In this document: piece by piece, positions 26,981 to 36,829 of the stretch
Layout: each line of letters opens with the position of its first letter
Numbering within the stretch: position 1 is the first letter of the stretch
Source: an uncultured Bacilli bacterium
Lineage (GTDB): Bacteria; Bacillota_I; Bacilli_A; RFN20; CAG-288
Length of the DNA stretch: 64,000 bases
Assembly: GCA_944372245.1 (NCBI GenBank)
Contig: CALVYN010000002.1
Location: forward strand, 4,065-68,064
Reading direction: 5' to 3'
Notes under the pieces: generated by a model
The model's input: the letters and a program-made list of their open reading frames with translations, nothing else
The model's database searches: none
Told to the model about the DNA's origin: nothing
Position numbers and translations under genes: made by a program

Positions 26981-27745
26981 ATGGAGAACGCCAACGTCAC
27001 CCTCGAGAACACGCCCGCTCTCGCCATCAGCGAGCTGACCAAGGCCTACGGCAAGCAGGTCGTCATCCGCGACCTCAACCTGACCGTGGAGCGCGGTGAG
27101 GTCTTCGGCTTCATCGGCCGCAACGGCACCGGCAAGTCGACCACCATCGGCTGCATGGTCGGCCTCAAGCCCTTCAAGAAGGGTCGCATCCTTATCGGCG
27201 GCCACGACATCCAGCAGGACACCATCGAGGCCAAGAAGCTTCTGGGCTACGTGCCCAGCGAGCCGGCCTGCTACGAGATGATGACCGGCCGCGAGTTCCT
27301 CTCCTTCATCGCCTCGGCCTTCGGTCTGACCGCCGAGGCCTTCGACACCCGCATCCAGGAGCTGGTCGCGCGCTTCGACTTCAACCCCATCGATCTCGAC
27401 CGCCGCATCGGCCACTACTCCCTGGGTATGAAGCAGAAGATCTCGCTGATGTCCGCCCTGGTCCACGATCCCCTGCTCTGGGTCCTCGACGAGCCCACCA
27501 TCGGTCTGGACGCCCCCGCGACCGCCGAGCTGGCTCACACCCTGCGCCAGCAGGCCAAGGAGGGCCGCTCGGTCTTCATCACCTCCCACTCCATCGAGTT
27601 CGTCGCCCGCTGCTGCGACCGGGTCGCCATCCTGGCCCAGGAGAATGTGGCTCGCATCGTCGACCTGAGGGGCGGGGAGACCTTCGCCGATCTCAAGCTC
27701 GCCTACGACACCATCTGCCTGCATCATTCGGAGGCTCAGGCATGA
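26981..27745 (+). CDS. ABC transporter ATP-binding protein (ABC-2 type)
   Basis: Walker A GRNGTGKST, signature variant YSLGMKQK, Walker B LWVLDEPTIGLD, H-loop SHS. Confidence 0.85.
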   Translation: MENANVTLENTPALAISELTKAYGKQVVIRDLNLTVERGEVFGFIGRNGTGKSTTIGCMVGLKPFKKGRILIGGHDIQQDTIEAKKLLGYVPSEPACYEMMTGREFLSFIASAFGLTAEAFDTRIQELVARFDFNPIDLDRRIGHYSLGMKQKISLMSALVHDPLLWVLDEPTIGLDAPATAELAHTLRQQAKEGRSVFITSHSIEFVARCCDRVAILAQENVARIVDLRGGETFADLKLAYDTICLHHSEAQA

Positions 27746-29340
27746 GGGTGCTGGGACTGGTCAAGAAGGAGGTGGTCAGCCACTTCCGGCGCGTCGACGC
27801 GTCGGTGTGGACCACCTTCTCCAGCGCCGCGCTGACCGTCCTGGGGGCGGTCATCATCGCGGCTCTCATCGGCTACGTCACCTATACCGTCGACAGCAAG
27901 ATGCTCGAGGCGGCCTCCTCCTCGGCGCCCTACCTGATCGCGCTGTTCCTCTTCATCTTCGCCGCCTTCAACTGCGTGGACGGGGCGCTCAGGGCGCGGC
28001 GCACCTTCTATTCCGAGAGCGATCGCGAGATCGTGAACCCTCTGCCTTACAAGCCTTATGAGATAGTTCTCTCAAAGACCATCTTCCTCTGGCTCTACCA
28101 GATTGCTGAAGGCGCACTCCTGTCTCTGCCCGTGCTCCTGGTCTTCGGTATCAACCGCGACTACGGGGCGGGCTACTACGTCGTCTCCGTCATCTACTGC
28201 CTGGTGATCCCCACCATGGTGACCGGTGCGAGCCTCATCCTCTCCGTCGTCTTCCAGTGGGTCTACCGCTGGATGCGCGGGCACGACCTGATCCAGTTCC
28301 TGCTGGCGGCGGTCGTGGTCGTGGGCCTGTGCTTCATCTACGCCCTCTTCCTGCGCCTCTTCCTGGCCTCGCTCTCGCAGGAGAGCGACATCTCCGGCGC
28401 GCTGCCCGGCGCCTTCATGGAGAACCTGGAGCACATCACCTCCTTCATGCCTCCCGTCTACCACTTCATCGACCTGTGGATCAGCGGGGCGCACCAGTTC
28501 GTCAACATCATGGTGCTGCTCCTGTGCGGCCTGGCGCTGCCGGCGGGCGGATACTTCCTCTCCCTCTGGTACTACCAGAGGTGGGACCGCGGTCTGGGCA
28601 GCCGGATCAAGGCGAGAAGGAACCGCACCTATCCCGCCTTCACCAACCTGCTGCGCAAGGAGCTGATCCTCCTGTTCAAGGATTCGCCCTCGATCTTCTC
28701 CTACACCTCGCTGCTGATCATGATGCCCTTCCTGGGCTATGTGGTCATCTCCGCCTTCAACGCCATCCTGGGCACCAACATGTCGGTCGTCCTCAACTAC
28801 TATCCCCTGCTGACCGAGATCATCGATGTCGCTCTGATCCTCCTCTTCGTCTCGATCATCAACTCCTCCGCCTCCCTCTCGCTGACCCGCGAGGGCCGGG
28901 GCCTGGCGGTCTATAAGACCCTGCCCGTCTCCCCCTGGATGACCATCGCCTCGAAGATCAGCGTCCCCTCCGCCCTCTCGGCCTTCTCCCTGATCGTGAC
29001 CCTGGCCGTCCTGGGCGGTCTGGGCGAGCTCTCGGGCGCGAGCATCGGCGTCTGCCTGGGCGGCGGTCTCCTCCTGATCCTGGCCCAGAACTTCCTGGGC
29101 ATCGAGCTGGATGTCTACGACCGGGGCTACGGGCGCGTGCGCTTGTCGTTCCTGGCCTCGATCTGCTCGATCCTCATCCCTCTGGTGGCGAGCCTGGGTG
29201 GCTTCCTGGGCATCTTCCTGGGCTGGAGCACCGCGCTCATCTACGCCTTCATCTTCCTGGTCCTGGCCGCCTTCTCCGCCATCCCGCTGATCCTGACCTG
29301 CCGCCTCAGGAGGCTCTTTGTGAATATGGAGGCCATGTAG
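27742..29340 (+). CDS. Large polytopic ABC-2-type permease (532 aa, about 12 TM, internally duplicated)
   Basis: Start overlaps ATPase stop by 4 nt; highly hydrophobic throughout. Confidence 0.7.
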   Translation: MRVLGLVKKEVVSHFRRVDASVWTTFSSAALTVLGAVIIAALIGYVTYTVDSKMLEAASSSAPYLIALFLFIFAAFNCVDGALRARRTFYSESDREIVNPLPYKPYEIVLSKTIFLWLYQIAEGALLSLPVLLVFGINRDYGAGYYVVSVIYCLVIPTMVTGASLILSVVFQWVYRWMRGHDLIQFLLAAVVVVGLCFIYALFLRLFLASLSQESDISGALPGAFMENLEHITSFMPPVYHFIDLWISGAHQFVNIMVLLLCGLALPAGGYFLSLWYYQRWDRGLGSRIKARRNRTYPAFTNLLRKELILLFKDSPSIFSYTSLLIMMPFLGYVVISAFNAILGTNMSVVLNYYPLLTEIIDVALILLFVSIINSSASLSLTREGRGLAVYKTLPVSPWMTIASKISVPSALSAFSLIVTLAVLGGLGELSGASIGVCLGGGLLLILAQNFLGIELDVYDRGYGRVRLSFLASICSILIPLVASLGGFLGIFLGWSTALIYAFIFLVLAAFSAIPLILTCRLRRLFVNMEAM

Positions 29341-29341
29341 C

Positions 29342-31762
29342 ATGGGAAAGAAGAAGACTCTGATATTCCTGCTGATCGTGCCTCTCCTGGTGGCTCTGAT
29401 CTCCTATGTCGGCTACGTCGTGCTCCACCGCCAGATCCGCGTCGACCTGAGCGATATCCGCTGGAGCTACAGCCCCAACCAGGGCTTCCGCATCGGCGAT
29501 GACTACAGACTCGAGGCCGAGGGCGTCTACAACGAGGACCTGACCCTAGCCGAGGGCAACGAGCTCGTCTGGAGCCTTCCCGCCGACTGCGAGGATGCCA
29601 CCATCGAGCAGCGCGACGACGGCTACTACCTGATCCCCGAGACCGAGGGCTCGGCCGTGGTCACCTGCGCTAACGCCAAGGGCACCATCTCCAAGAGCTT
29701 CAACGCTGTCTTCTACGCCACCGGCGCCATCGTCATCAACCCCGTCAACAACGTCTCCGGCGCCTCGGTCGACGGCCAGCTGGACTACGGCCAGTACGAG
29801 TTCGCCTACCAGGGCAGCGGCGCCCCGACCAAGGTCGCCTCGACCCTCGAGCTGGACGTGTCGATCCTGGGCGACTTCGATAACCCCGCCATCGCCTTTG
29901 ACACCTCCGACAACCTCGCCTACGACGAGGAGACCGCGAGCCTGAAGGTCCTCGGCCCCGGCCTGGCGACGGTCTCTGCCCACCTGGTCGACTATCCCTC
30001 CATCGCCACCACCTACGAGTTCAACGTCGTCGAGGGCGGCGTGAACGTGCGGAGCTACACCGACCTGCTCTACTGCACCAACTGGGCTGAGACGCCCTGC
30101 CCCGCGGTCCTCCAGGTCAACCTGGGCTCCCTCAGGGACACCTACGTCCGCAACGAGGATGGTGCCTACTCCCAGGAGCTGATCTCCGAGAACACCGCCC
30201 TGTTTGGAAACTACGACTTCACCAGCCGGTCGTTCTCCTTCGAGGATGAGATTTACACCTTTGAGACGACCTACTTCACCGAGTTCATCGAGCAGTACAA
30301 CGCCGCCCGCCCCAACGGGGCCGTCCCCATCTCCACCGAGGTCCTGGCCGGCATCCACCTGCAGGCGGACCTCTACGGCAACGGCTTCTACATCAACATG
30401 AGCAACCTGGCCTACCCCAACCACGGCAAGGTGGATCAGGCGACCGGCAAGCTGACCCCGGGCGCGGAGGACCTCTTTCAGGGTCCCCTCCCCTTCATGG
30501 GTCTGGGCGACCTGGCCAACTACCCCATCGTCTCCGCCTACGGCCAGGACAACTGCGGCATCTACATCGACACGGATGGCGTGACCATCGACGATGTCAC
30601 CATCCGCAACGTCGACGATGTCGACAACCTCTACAACCTCACCTACACCGGCACGGTCCTGGATGTCGAGGCGAGGGATGTGACCGTCCAGAACTCGATT
30701 CTGGCTAACGGCAAGAACATCGTCCGCGCCTTCTCCGCCGACGGCTTGACCATCGACAACTGCACCCTCAGAAACGCGGCCGAGTTCCTCCTCCACGCCG
30801 GCTCCAACCGCGCCAACACCTACGACGACACCAAGACTTTCTCCTACTTCGACGGGAAGACCTCGACCGAAGTCAGCTTCGAGGACTTCTTCGAGGGGAC
30901 GGAGGGCGCCACCCTGGAATCCGCCTACAACAGCATCCTGCGTGGGACCATCAGCGACGTCGCCGGCATCAAGAGGTCGATGGAGTCGGTCCAGGAGGGC
31001 CTGGACAACACCGCCGGCATGATCGCAGCCGACGGGATGGTCAACTACGACGCCCACATCACCGTCAGGGATACCAGCTTCGACACCTCGGGCGTCTACT
31101 CGATCGCCCTGGACTCGGCCTTCAACGGCGGCTACCTCTACAACGGCGCCCCCTCCATGGTCCAGACGGTCTTCGATCAGTTCCAGGTCGACATCCTGCC
31201 CCCCGACCGGGTCGGACACACCTCCTACCCCGTCGAGCTCACCCTCGAGGGCGACACGAGGTTCTACGACTTCAAGGACATCGAGGAGGCGGATATCTCG
31301 ACCCTGATCGAGGAGAACATCACCGCCCTGCTCCAGCAGATCGGCATGCTCGACCCCTCGATCAGCGTCAACATCGACGACTACTTCCCCCTCAAGGACG
31401 TCATCCGCCAGCAGGCGTCCCAGCGCGGCCTGCTCTATCAGGCGGACGGCCACGACTACATCAACACCCAGGTCGCCTGGTACGGCGGCGGCGTCAACCT
31501 GTCCACCCTGGTGGACGAGAGGGAGTCGGTCCATCTCGACTCCTCCGAGGTCTACGATCTGGACTTCGTCACCGGGGCCCTGGAGTACGTCCCCGACCCC
31601 AGCATCGGCAGCCAGGCCGGCTCACTGATCCAGGTCCTGCAGCGCGCGGTGTTCATGGTCACCGGTGTCCACCCCTTCCGCACCATCACCAACGGCCCGG
31701 TGACTCCGGGTCAGGTCCCCCCGCTGTTCGGGGAGAGCGCCCCCGCTCCGTCGGGGCGCTAG
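29342..31762 (+). CDS. Membrane-anchored extracellular protein with right-handed parallel beta-helix repeats (pectin-lyase fold; candidate polysaccharide-active enzyme or adhesin)
   Basis: N-terminal signal anchor LIFLLIVPLLVALISYVGYVVL; repeats of the form VTIDDVTIRNV / VTVQNSILANGKNIVRAF / LTIDNCTLRNAAEF typical of PbH1 beta-helix turns. Confidence 0.6.
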   Translation: MGKKKTLIFLLIVPLLVALISYVGYVVLHRQIRVDLSDIRWSYSPNQGFRIGDDYRLEAEGVYNEDLTLAEGNELVWSLPADCEDATIEQRDDGYYLIPETEGSAVVTCANAKGTISKSFNAVFYATGAIVINPVNNVSGASVDGQLDYGQYEFAYQGSGAPTKVASTLELDVSILGDFDNPAIAFDTSDNLAYDEETASLKVLGPGLATVSAHLVDYPSIATTYEFNVVEGGVNVRSYTDLLYCTNWAETPCPAVLQVNLGSLRDTYVRNEDGAYSQELISENTALFGNYDFTSRSFSFEDEIYTFETTYFTEFIEQYNAARPNGAVPISTEVLAGIHLQADLYGNGFYINMSNLAYPNHGKVDQATGKLTPGAEDLFQGPLPFMGLGDLANYPIVSAYGQDNCGIYIDTDGVTIDDVTIRNVDDVDNLYNLTYTGTVLDVEARDVTVQNSILANGKNIVRAFSADGLTIDNCTLRNAAEFLLHAGSNRANTYDDTKTFSYFDGKTSTEVSFEDFFEGTEGATLESAYNSILRGTISDVAGIKRSMESVQEGLDNTAGMIAADGMVNYDAHITVRDTSFDTSGVYSIALDSAFNGGYLYNGAPSMVQTVFDQFQVDILPPDRVGHTSYPVELTLEGDTRFYDFKDIEEADISTLIEENITALLQQIGMLDPSISVNIDDYFPLKDVIRQQASQRGLLYQADGHDYINTQVAWYGGGVNLSTLVDERESVHLDSSEVYDLDFVTGALEYVPDPSIGSQAGSLIQVLQRAVFMVTGVHPFRTITNGPVTPGQVPPLFGESAPAPSGR

Positions 31763-31795
31763 TCGAGACGAAGCTCAAGAGATAAGGAGGCAGAT

Positions 31796-32524
31796 ATGGT
31801 TAAGATGAGAATGGCTCTGATCGTGGGGTTAGCCGCCCTGGCCATCGGCAGCGCGGGCACGGCCGCGTTCATCTTCGGCAGCCGCAAGGCCGTCCAGGGC
31901 AACGTGGGCTTCGATGCGGATTCGGGCAGCTACGACACCGACGTCCTGCGCCCGATCGGCCTGCCCGAGAGCGTGACCTACGTCGCGGATTCGGCCCGGG
32001 CCTCCACGGTCGCTGACGGCGGCTACGAGACTGTCGCCGACCTGAACCTGGGAGCGGACAGCCCCATCCCCGAGACCGACCAGTCCGCCTTCTTCGTGAA
32101 GGCGAGCTTCGGCTATGACCCGCAGAAGGCTTCCGCCTGGATCGAGAGGAACTGCCACACTTTCAGCTGGCTGTACGCCTCGCTGGTCCCCGCGGATGCT
32201 TCGGCGTTCGCAAAGAACTTCGCCAGCGCGGAGGCGGCGGCCTATCTGGTCTATACCGGCACCGAGGTCGCCCCGGCCTACGGCTCCGGTGTGGCGATTG
32301 CTCCGCTCGGTACGCTGACCGACGGCGATCGGACGGGTCTGGGTTTCGGCGAGGTGTTCTACGAGGGAACGGACCTCGCTCAGTTCTTCCAGCTGGGCAT
32401 CAGCGCGGATCAGAAGTTCGATCTGATCTTCGCCCTGCCTGTCGGCGAGGAGTTCAACCTCGAAGAGGTCAAGACGTTGGATTTCAGCATCGGTCTGAAT
32501 GTCAGGGAGGTGAAGTATGAATAA
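31796..32524 (+). CDS. Small secreted protein; candidate SipW-cognate substrate
   Basis: N-terminus MALIVGLAALAIGSAGTAAFIFGS resembles SipW-cognate signal (GT-A-x-F-x-F). Confidence 0.5.
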   Translation: MVKMRMALIVGLAALAIGSAGTAAFIFGSRKAVQGNVGFDADSGSYDTDVLRPIGLPESVTYVADSARASTVADGGYETVADLNLGADSPIPETDQSAFFVKASFGYDPQKASAWIERNCHTFSWLYASLVPADASAFAKNFASAEAAAYLVYTGTEVAPAYGSGVAIAPLGTLTDGDRTGLGFGEVFYEGTDLAQFFQLGISADQKFDLIFALPVGEEFNLEEVKTLDFSIGLNVREVKYE

Positions 32525-35500
32525 GAGGATTCTCATCAATTCGCTGGTCGGCGGCACCGTCGTGGCGGGCCTGTCCCTGCCCCTAGCGCACGCCAGCTTT
32601 TCATTTGCCGACTACGGCGTCCTGGAGGATGGCACCATCTCCTCGGTCGCTCCTGCAGAGGGCTACGACTACACCGTGACCTTCGCTGAGGGCAACGCGA
32701 CCTCCAGCGATTCGAAGACCACCACCCTGCCCGAGGCAATCGGCTTCCAGGAGGGGGCGGAGTTCACCCCGGAGGCCATCGAGACCACTCCCGCAAAAGA
32801 GGGTTATGCCTTCGATGGCTACTACACCGATGCCTCCTGCACCACGGCCTACAACTTCTACACCAGCGTCGATTCCGACATGACCCTGTACGTAGCCTTC
32901 ACTCCTCTGGACAGCTATTCCTATACCGATAGTTCCCAGAACGTCTTCACGGCCAGCAGCAGCCTAGATCTGAAGGAGGACACCGTCGATATCGGCGGGA
33001 TCAAGGTCTTCAAGTACAGCTCCTCGGCTAAGAATACCGGCGATGGCCAGTACACCCTGAACCTCGCCACCACCGCTCTGGACGACGGTGCGACCTACTC
33101 GCTGCAGGTCTATGGTAAAGATAAAGAAGGAAGGGGGGATGTTTGGAACTCTAGCGTCTTTCTGCCTAGCCAGAATGACGGACGGGTCATTCGCTCTAAC
33201 TCCAAGTTTTTTACCCTTGTCCTCCAGGATGATCTGGTCATCTCCAACGGGTCGACTCTCCAGATTGGCGGCTGTTCCTCCCTGGTCGGCAATGGTATCT
33301 ACTGCGATCTCGCTAGCGATAACTTCGCTCTGGATCTCAACGGACACAATCTGATCGTCGAGCCCGGTTCGAACCTTGAGTTATATGGCCTTCTGACCGA
33401 TTCCACCAAGAAAGGTATGGTCGTGGTCGATAGCGGCGCTTACATCAAGGTGAAGATGTCGGTCTACAACGGTGGAGGTTCGCAGCTGTTGACCGCCAGT
33501 TCCTACTATGTGAATCCCTTCCCCTTCTATGGCTTCCCTGCTCTGGATGCGAATATCCGCTTCTACGCCGGCGCGGAGATGACCGCAGTCATGTCGGCGG
33601 GAACCAGCAGCCAGGGTGTGGTGGTCGATGTGCCTTTCATCGGCAAACCCCTGCCTGCGGATTCGGATGAGACCGCAGCCATGCTGATCCTAGAGTCTAA
33701 AGATGCCAATTCCCCCGGGTACCTCGACTTCCGCCACAATATGATTCCTGCTCCCCGCGGAAGCTTGAATGCCTACCGGGTGTGGGACACCCAGTATCGC
33801 GAGTACTTCTCCTTCCACGACTGCCTCATGACACTCGGCTCGCTCGCAATGAAAGTATCAATGGCTTCGATCGACTCGGCCGAGTTCCTCTGGGAGCTGC
33901 CGGGCAACAGCGATATCACCCTGGATAACTGCGATCTCTACATCGACCACCAGTTCCAGCTCAATCCCGGTCTCAACTTCTATTCCGATAAGGATTCCAA
34001 CATCATCTTCCGCTGCAATTCTGTCGACCCCTGCGGCATCGTCGCTCCTTCCAAGCTCTTCTCCACGGCCGTGGCCGACAACATCTCCAACCTCGGCTCC
34101 ACCACCGCCGGTCACATCATGGCCGATCTCAGGGGCAAGGAGCAGTCGCTGATCACGGTCATGGGCGACATCAGGTTCGAGTATCCCGAGGGGAGTGCCA
34201 AGGTTGATCAGGTCACCTTCCTTGGAGGATATTTCAACCTGTCGGATCGGGCTCTCGCCTCCGTTCTCGCTGCGGCTGAGAAGGGGCAGGTCACGCTCAT
34301 GTCCAAGGGTCAGCTCGCCAACTTCCACTACGTCAACTCCTGGAGTAGCAGATGGGGTGTGGCCAGCTACTACGTCTATCCCCTCATCGCCAATGGCGTC
34401 GCCTACACCAATGACCATCTGGATGGCGGTCTCAAACCTTTGGATGGAAAGATCGGTTCGGGCATCTACACCGATGGGACGAATTACTATTCCTACTTCA
34501 ATGTGGATAACGAGCGCCCCGACGACTTCGGTGAGGGAAACTTCGAGCTCAGGAAGATCGACTACGATGCGACGACTCACTCCTACACCATCGCCGGCGA
34601 CGACAGCGGACAGAAGTATGCCTACTTCGCTGGTATCTCCGTCCCTGTCTATCTGTTCCAGAAGGATGGCAAGAGCTGGGTCACGATGTCCGATATGCTG
34701 ATAGACAGTGCGGCTTCGAGCTACGACTTTGTCATTACCTACGACGAGGCGAGCGGGGGCTATCTTCTGGCTAAGACACAGACCTACGATTCTGGCGTCG
34801 AAGATATTTCCATCGCTGTGACTCTCAAAGCGGGTAACAACTGTGCAGCGGTGGCTGACGTTCAGCTGACCGAAAAGATCGGTGCCACTTTGAACCTGAC
34901 CCAACTGGCTTCTAAGTATGGTTTCACAACCACTAGTTCTGAGGCTAAGAACAATTTTGAGGTCGAGGTTACTGGCGGCGAGACGACGTCTATCAGTGAG
35001 ACAACTCTCGTGATCGACCTCAATCTCGGTCTGGAGATTCTGGAGAGCAAGAGCATCACCATCACCTTCAATTATGGTGGCAGCTCTGGCGGCGGAGGCG
35101 ATGGCTGCATCTTTGCGGATGCTCCTGTCCTGATGGCCGACGGCTCGACCAAGCGGGCCGATGAGGTCAAGGTCGGCGATATCGCTCTGGCCTGGGACTT
35201 CGAGACGGGCCGGGTTAAGGCGAACCGCGTCTTCTTCTACGAGATGTACGAGCAGGACATCTTCGCTGTGTGGATCCAGCTGGCGAACGGCGAGGAGCTG
35301 CGCATCGCCTGCCCTCACGCGCTCTTCGACTACAGCGAGCGAAAGTTCTTCACCGTCACCACCGAGAACTACACCTCGATCGTCGGCCGCGAGATCGCCA
35401 TCTTCAACGGCGTGGACAGCGGCCTGTCCTCCACTAGGATCGTCTCGGTCAGGGGACACCGGGAAAGGCGTGTCGTTGGAAACATCGAGACCGCACACAC

Positions 35501-35777
35501 TCTGAACTTCTTCTGCGGTGGGGCGCTCAACGCCGATGCTGTCTACGTGGCTAAGTTGCCCTTCGAGGTCGGTGCGGACTTTGCCTACGACCGGAAGGAT
35601 GTGGCCGAGAGCATCAGCAGGTACGGCCTGACCAAGTACGAGGTGTTCAAGGACTACATGAATTTCGATAACTTCGACTGTCTCAACGGCCAGTACGTCT
35701 CCATCTGTATCGGTAAAGGGCTCTTTACGCTCGACTACCTGTTTGAGATTGCCAAGTACTATCTTGGCGGCAAGTAG
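32517..35777 (+). CDS. Giant secreted protein (1086 aa) with C-terminal Gly/Ser linker, Hint/intein-like autoprocessing domain and about 85-aa C-terminal tail
   Basis: N-terminal signal LVGGTVVAGLSLPLAHASFSFADYG; C-terminus GGSSGGGGDG-CIFADAPVLMADGS...VKVGDIAL (Hint block A starting with Cys) ... RRVVGNIETAHTLNFF (TxxH / intein block F-like). Confidence 0.65.
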   Translation: MNKRILINSLVGGTVVAGLSLPLAHASFSFADYGVLEDGTISSVAPAEGYDYTVTFAEGNATSSDSKTTTLPEAIGFQEGAEFTPEAIETTPAKEGYAFDGYYTDASCTTAYNFYTSVDSDMTLYVAFTPLDSYSYTDSSQNVFTASSSLDLKEDTVDIGGIKVFKYSSSAKNTGDGQYTLNLATTALDDGATYSLQVYGKDKEGRGDVWNSSVFLPSQNDGRVIRSNSKFFTLVLQDDLVISNGSTLQIGGCSSLVGNGIYCDLASDNFALDLNGHNLIVEPGSNLELYGLLTDSTKKGMVVVDSGAYIKVKMSVYNGGGSQLLTASSYYVNPFPFYGFPALDANIRFYAGAEMTAVMSAGTSSQGVVVDVPFIGKPLPADSDETAAMLILESKDANSPGYLDFRHNMIPAPRGSLNAYRVWDTQYREYFSFHDCLMTLGSLAMKVSMASIDSAEFLWELPGNSDITLDNCDLYIDHQFQLNPGLNFYSDKDSNIIFRCNSVDPCGIVAPSKLFSTAVADNISNLGSTTAGHIMADLRGKEQSLITVMGDIRFEYPEGSAKVDQVTFLGGYFNLSDRALASVLAAAEKGQVTLMSKGQLANFHYVNSWSSRWGVASYYVYPLIANGVAYTNDHLDGGLKPLDGKIGSGIYTDGTNYYSYFNVDNERPDDFGEGNFELRKIDYDATTHSYTIAGDDSGQKYAYFAGISVPVYLFQKDGKSWVTMSDMLIDSAASSYDFVITYDEASGGYLLAKTQTYDSGVEDISIAVTLKAGNNCAAVADVQLTEKIGATLNLTQLASKYGFTTTSSEAKNNFEVEVTGGETTSISETTLVIDLNLGLEILESKSITITFNYGGSSGGGGDGCIFADAPVLMADGSTKRADEVKVGDIALAWDFETGRVKANRVFFYEMYEQDIFAVWIQLANGEELRIACPHALFDYSERKFFTVTTENYTSIVGREIAIFNGVDSGLSSTRIVSVRGHRERRVVGNIETAHTLNFFCGGALNADAVYVAKLPFEVGADFAYDRKDVAESISRYGLTKYEVFKDYMNFDNFDCLNGQYVSICIGKGLFTLDYLFEIAKYYLGGK

Positions 35778-35855
35778 ATAACCTAGCTCGTTTCGCGGTC
35801 CGATGACCGCTTCTCTTCATGTAGAATTTTCTGCTGCACGCATCTGGAGGTCATC

Positions 35856-36680
35856 ATGTCATACAGCGAGAGAATCCCCCTGAGGGGAACTAGGAACACC
35901 CGCGATCTAGGAGGCTATATCGGCCTGGAGGGAAAGAAGGTGAAGACGGGGCTCATCTACCGCTCCGACTCCCTCTCCTTCCTCGAGGAGGACGATGTCG
36001 CCTTTCTAGCGGAGCAGCTCCAGCTCCGCTATGACATCGACCTCAGGAGCGAGCAGGAGACCGAGGAGAAGCCCGACGTGGCCATCCCCGGCTGCCGCCT
36101 GGTTCTCATCCCCATCACCTCCAAGATTCTCATGGGTTCGACCGTGCAGCCTCCCGCCTTTGCCAAGAATGACCCTGAGATCAGCTGGCACTATCGCCGC
36201 CTCTACTCCCTCCATCCCGACGGCGATGCCATCGAGGGGATGAAGAACCTCTATCTGCACTACGTGGAGATGGAGTCCAATCGGTGTGCCTACACCGAGT
36301 TCCTCAACCTGGTGGCAGATGCCGAGGGTCCTCTGATCTTCCACTGCGCCGACGGCAAGGACCGCACCGGCATGGCGGCGGCTTACATCCTCTCCATCCT
36401 CGGCGTCGATCGAGAGACAATCCTGGATGACTACGAGGCCAGCGCGGGTTACCTGGTGGGAAAGTGCCAGGAGCGGGCCGAGAAGCTCAGGGCGGCCGGC
36501 ATCGCCGACGAGCGGCTGATTCGGAACATGTGCCTGCTAGCCAGCGTCAAGCGCTGCTGGCTGGAGGCAGCCCTGGAGCGGATCGACAACGCCTACGGCG
36601 GAATGGACCGCTACCTGACTGAGATTCTCCACATCGATGAGGGTGTCAAACAGCGGATTCGCCAGAAGTATCTCGACTGA
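35856..36680 (+). CDS. Protein-tyrosine phosphatase (CX5R, Y_phosphatase3-like family)
   Basis: Active-site HCADGKDRTG (C-x5-R P-loop). Confidence 0.75.
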   Translation: MSYSERIPLRGTRNTRDLGGYIGLEGKKVKTGLIYRSDSLSFLEEDDVAFLAEQLQLRYDIDLRSEQETEEKPDVAIPGCRLVLIPITSKILMGSTVQPPAFAKNDPEISWHYRRLYSLHPDGDAIEGMKNLYLHYVEMESNRCAYTEFLNLVADAEGPLIFHCADGKDRTGMAAAYILSILGVDRETILDDYEASAGYLVGKCQERAEKLRAAGIADERLIRNMCLLASVKRCWLEAALERIDNAYGGMDRYLTEILHIDEGVKQRIRQKYLD

Positions 36681-36726
36681 GACTAAAGCTATATATATAA
36701 ATTATCTCTCTGAGCCTATTAGCCTA

Positions 36727-36766
36727 AGCAACCTTTACCTGAAAAGCAAAGGTTGCTTATTTTTAT
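36727..36766 (+). terminator. Rho-independent terminator (aagcaaccttt ... aaaggttgctt + attttta)
   Basis: 11-bp inverted repeat followed by T-rich run after phosphatase gene. Confidence 0.65.
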
Positions 36767-36829
36767 TCGAAAGAAATGCAATCTTGCCAATAAAATATGA
36801 AGCTGAACTGTATAAGGGGTGGAGGCAGA

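Noticed and set aside
35516-35777. C-terminal about 85-aa tail after the Hint domain as a recognisable toxin domain with adjacent immunity gene
   Set aside because: No known toxin motif (nuclease, deaminase, ADP-ribosyltransferase) was recognised. The downstream gene is a tyrosine phosphatase rather than a small immunity-like protein. The toxin idea is kept only as a hypothesis in findings.
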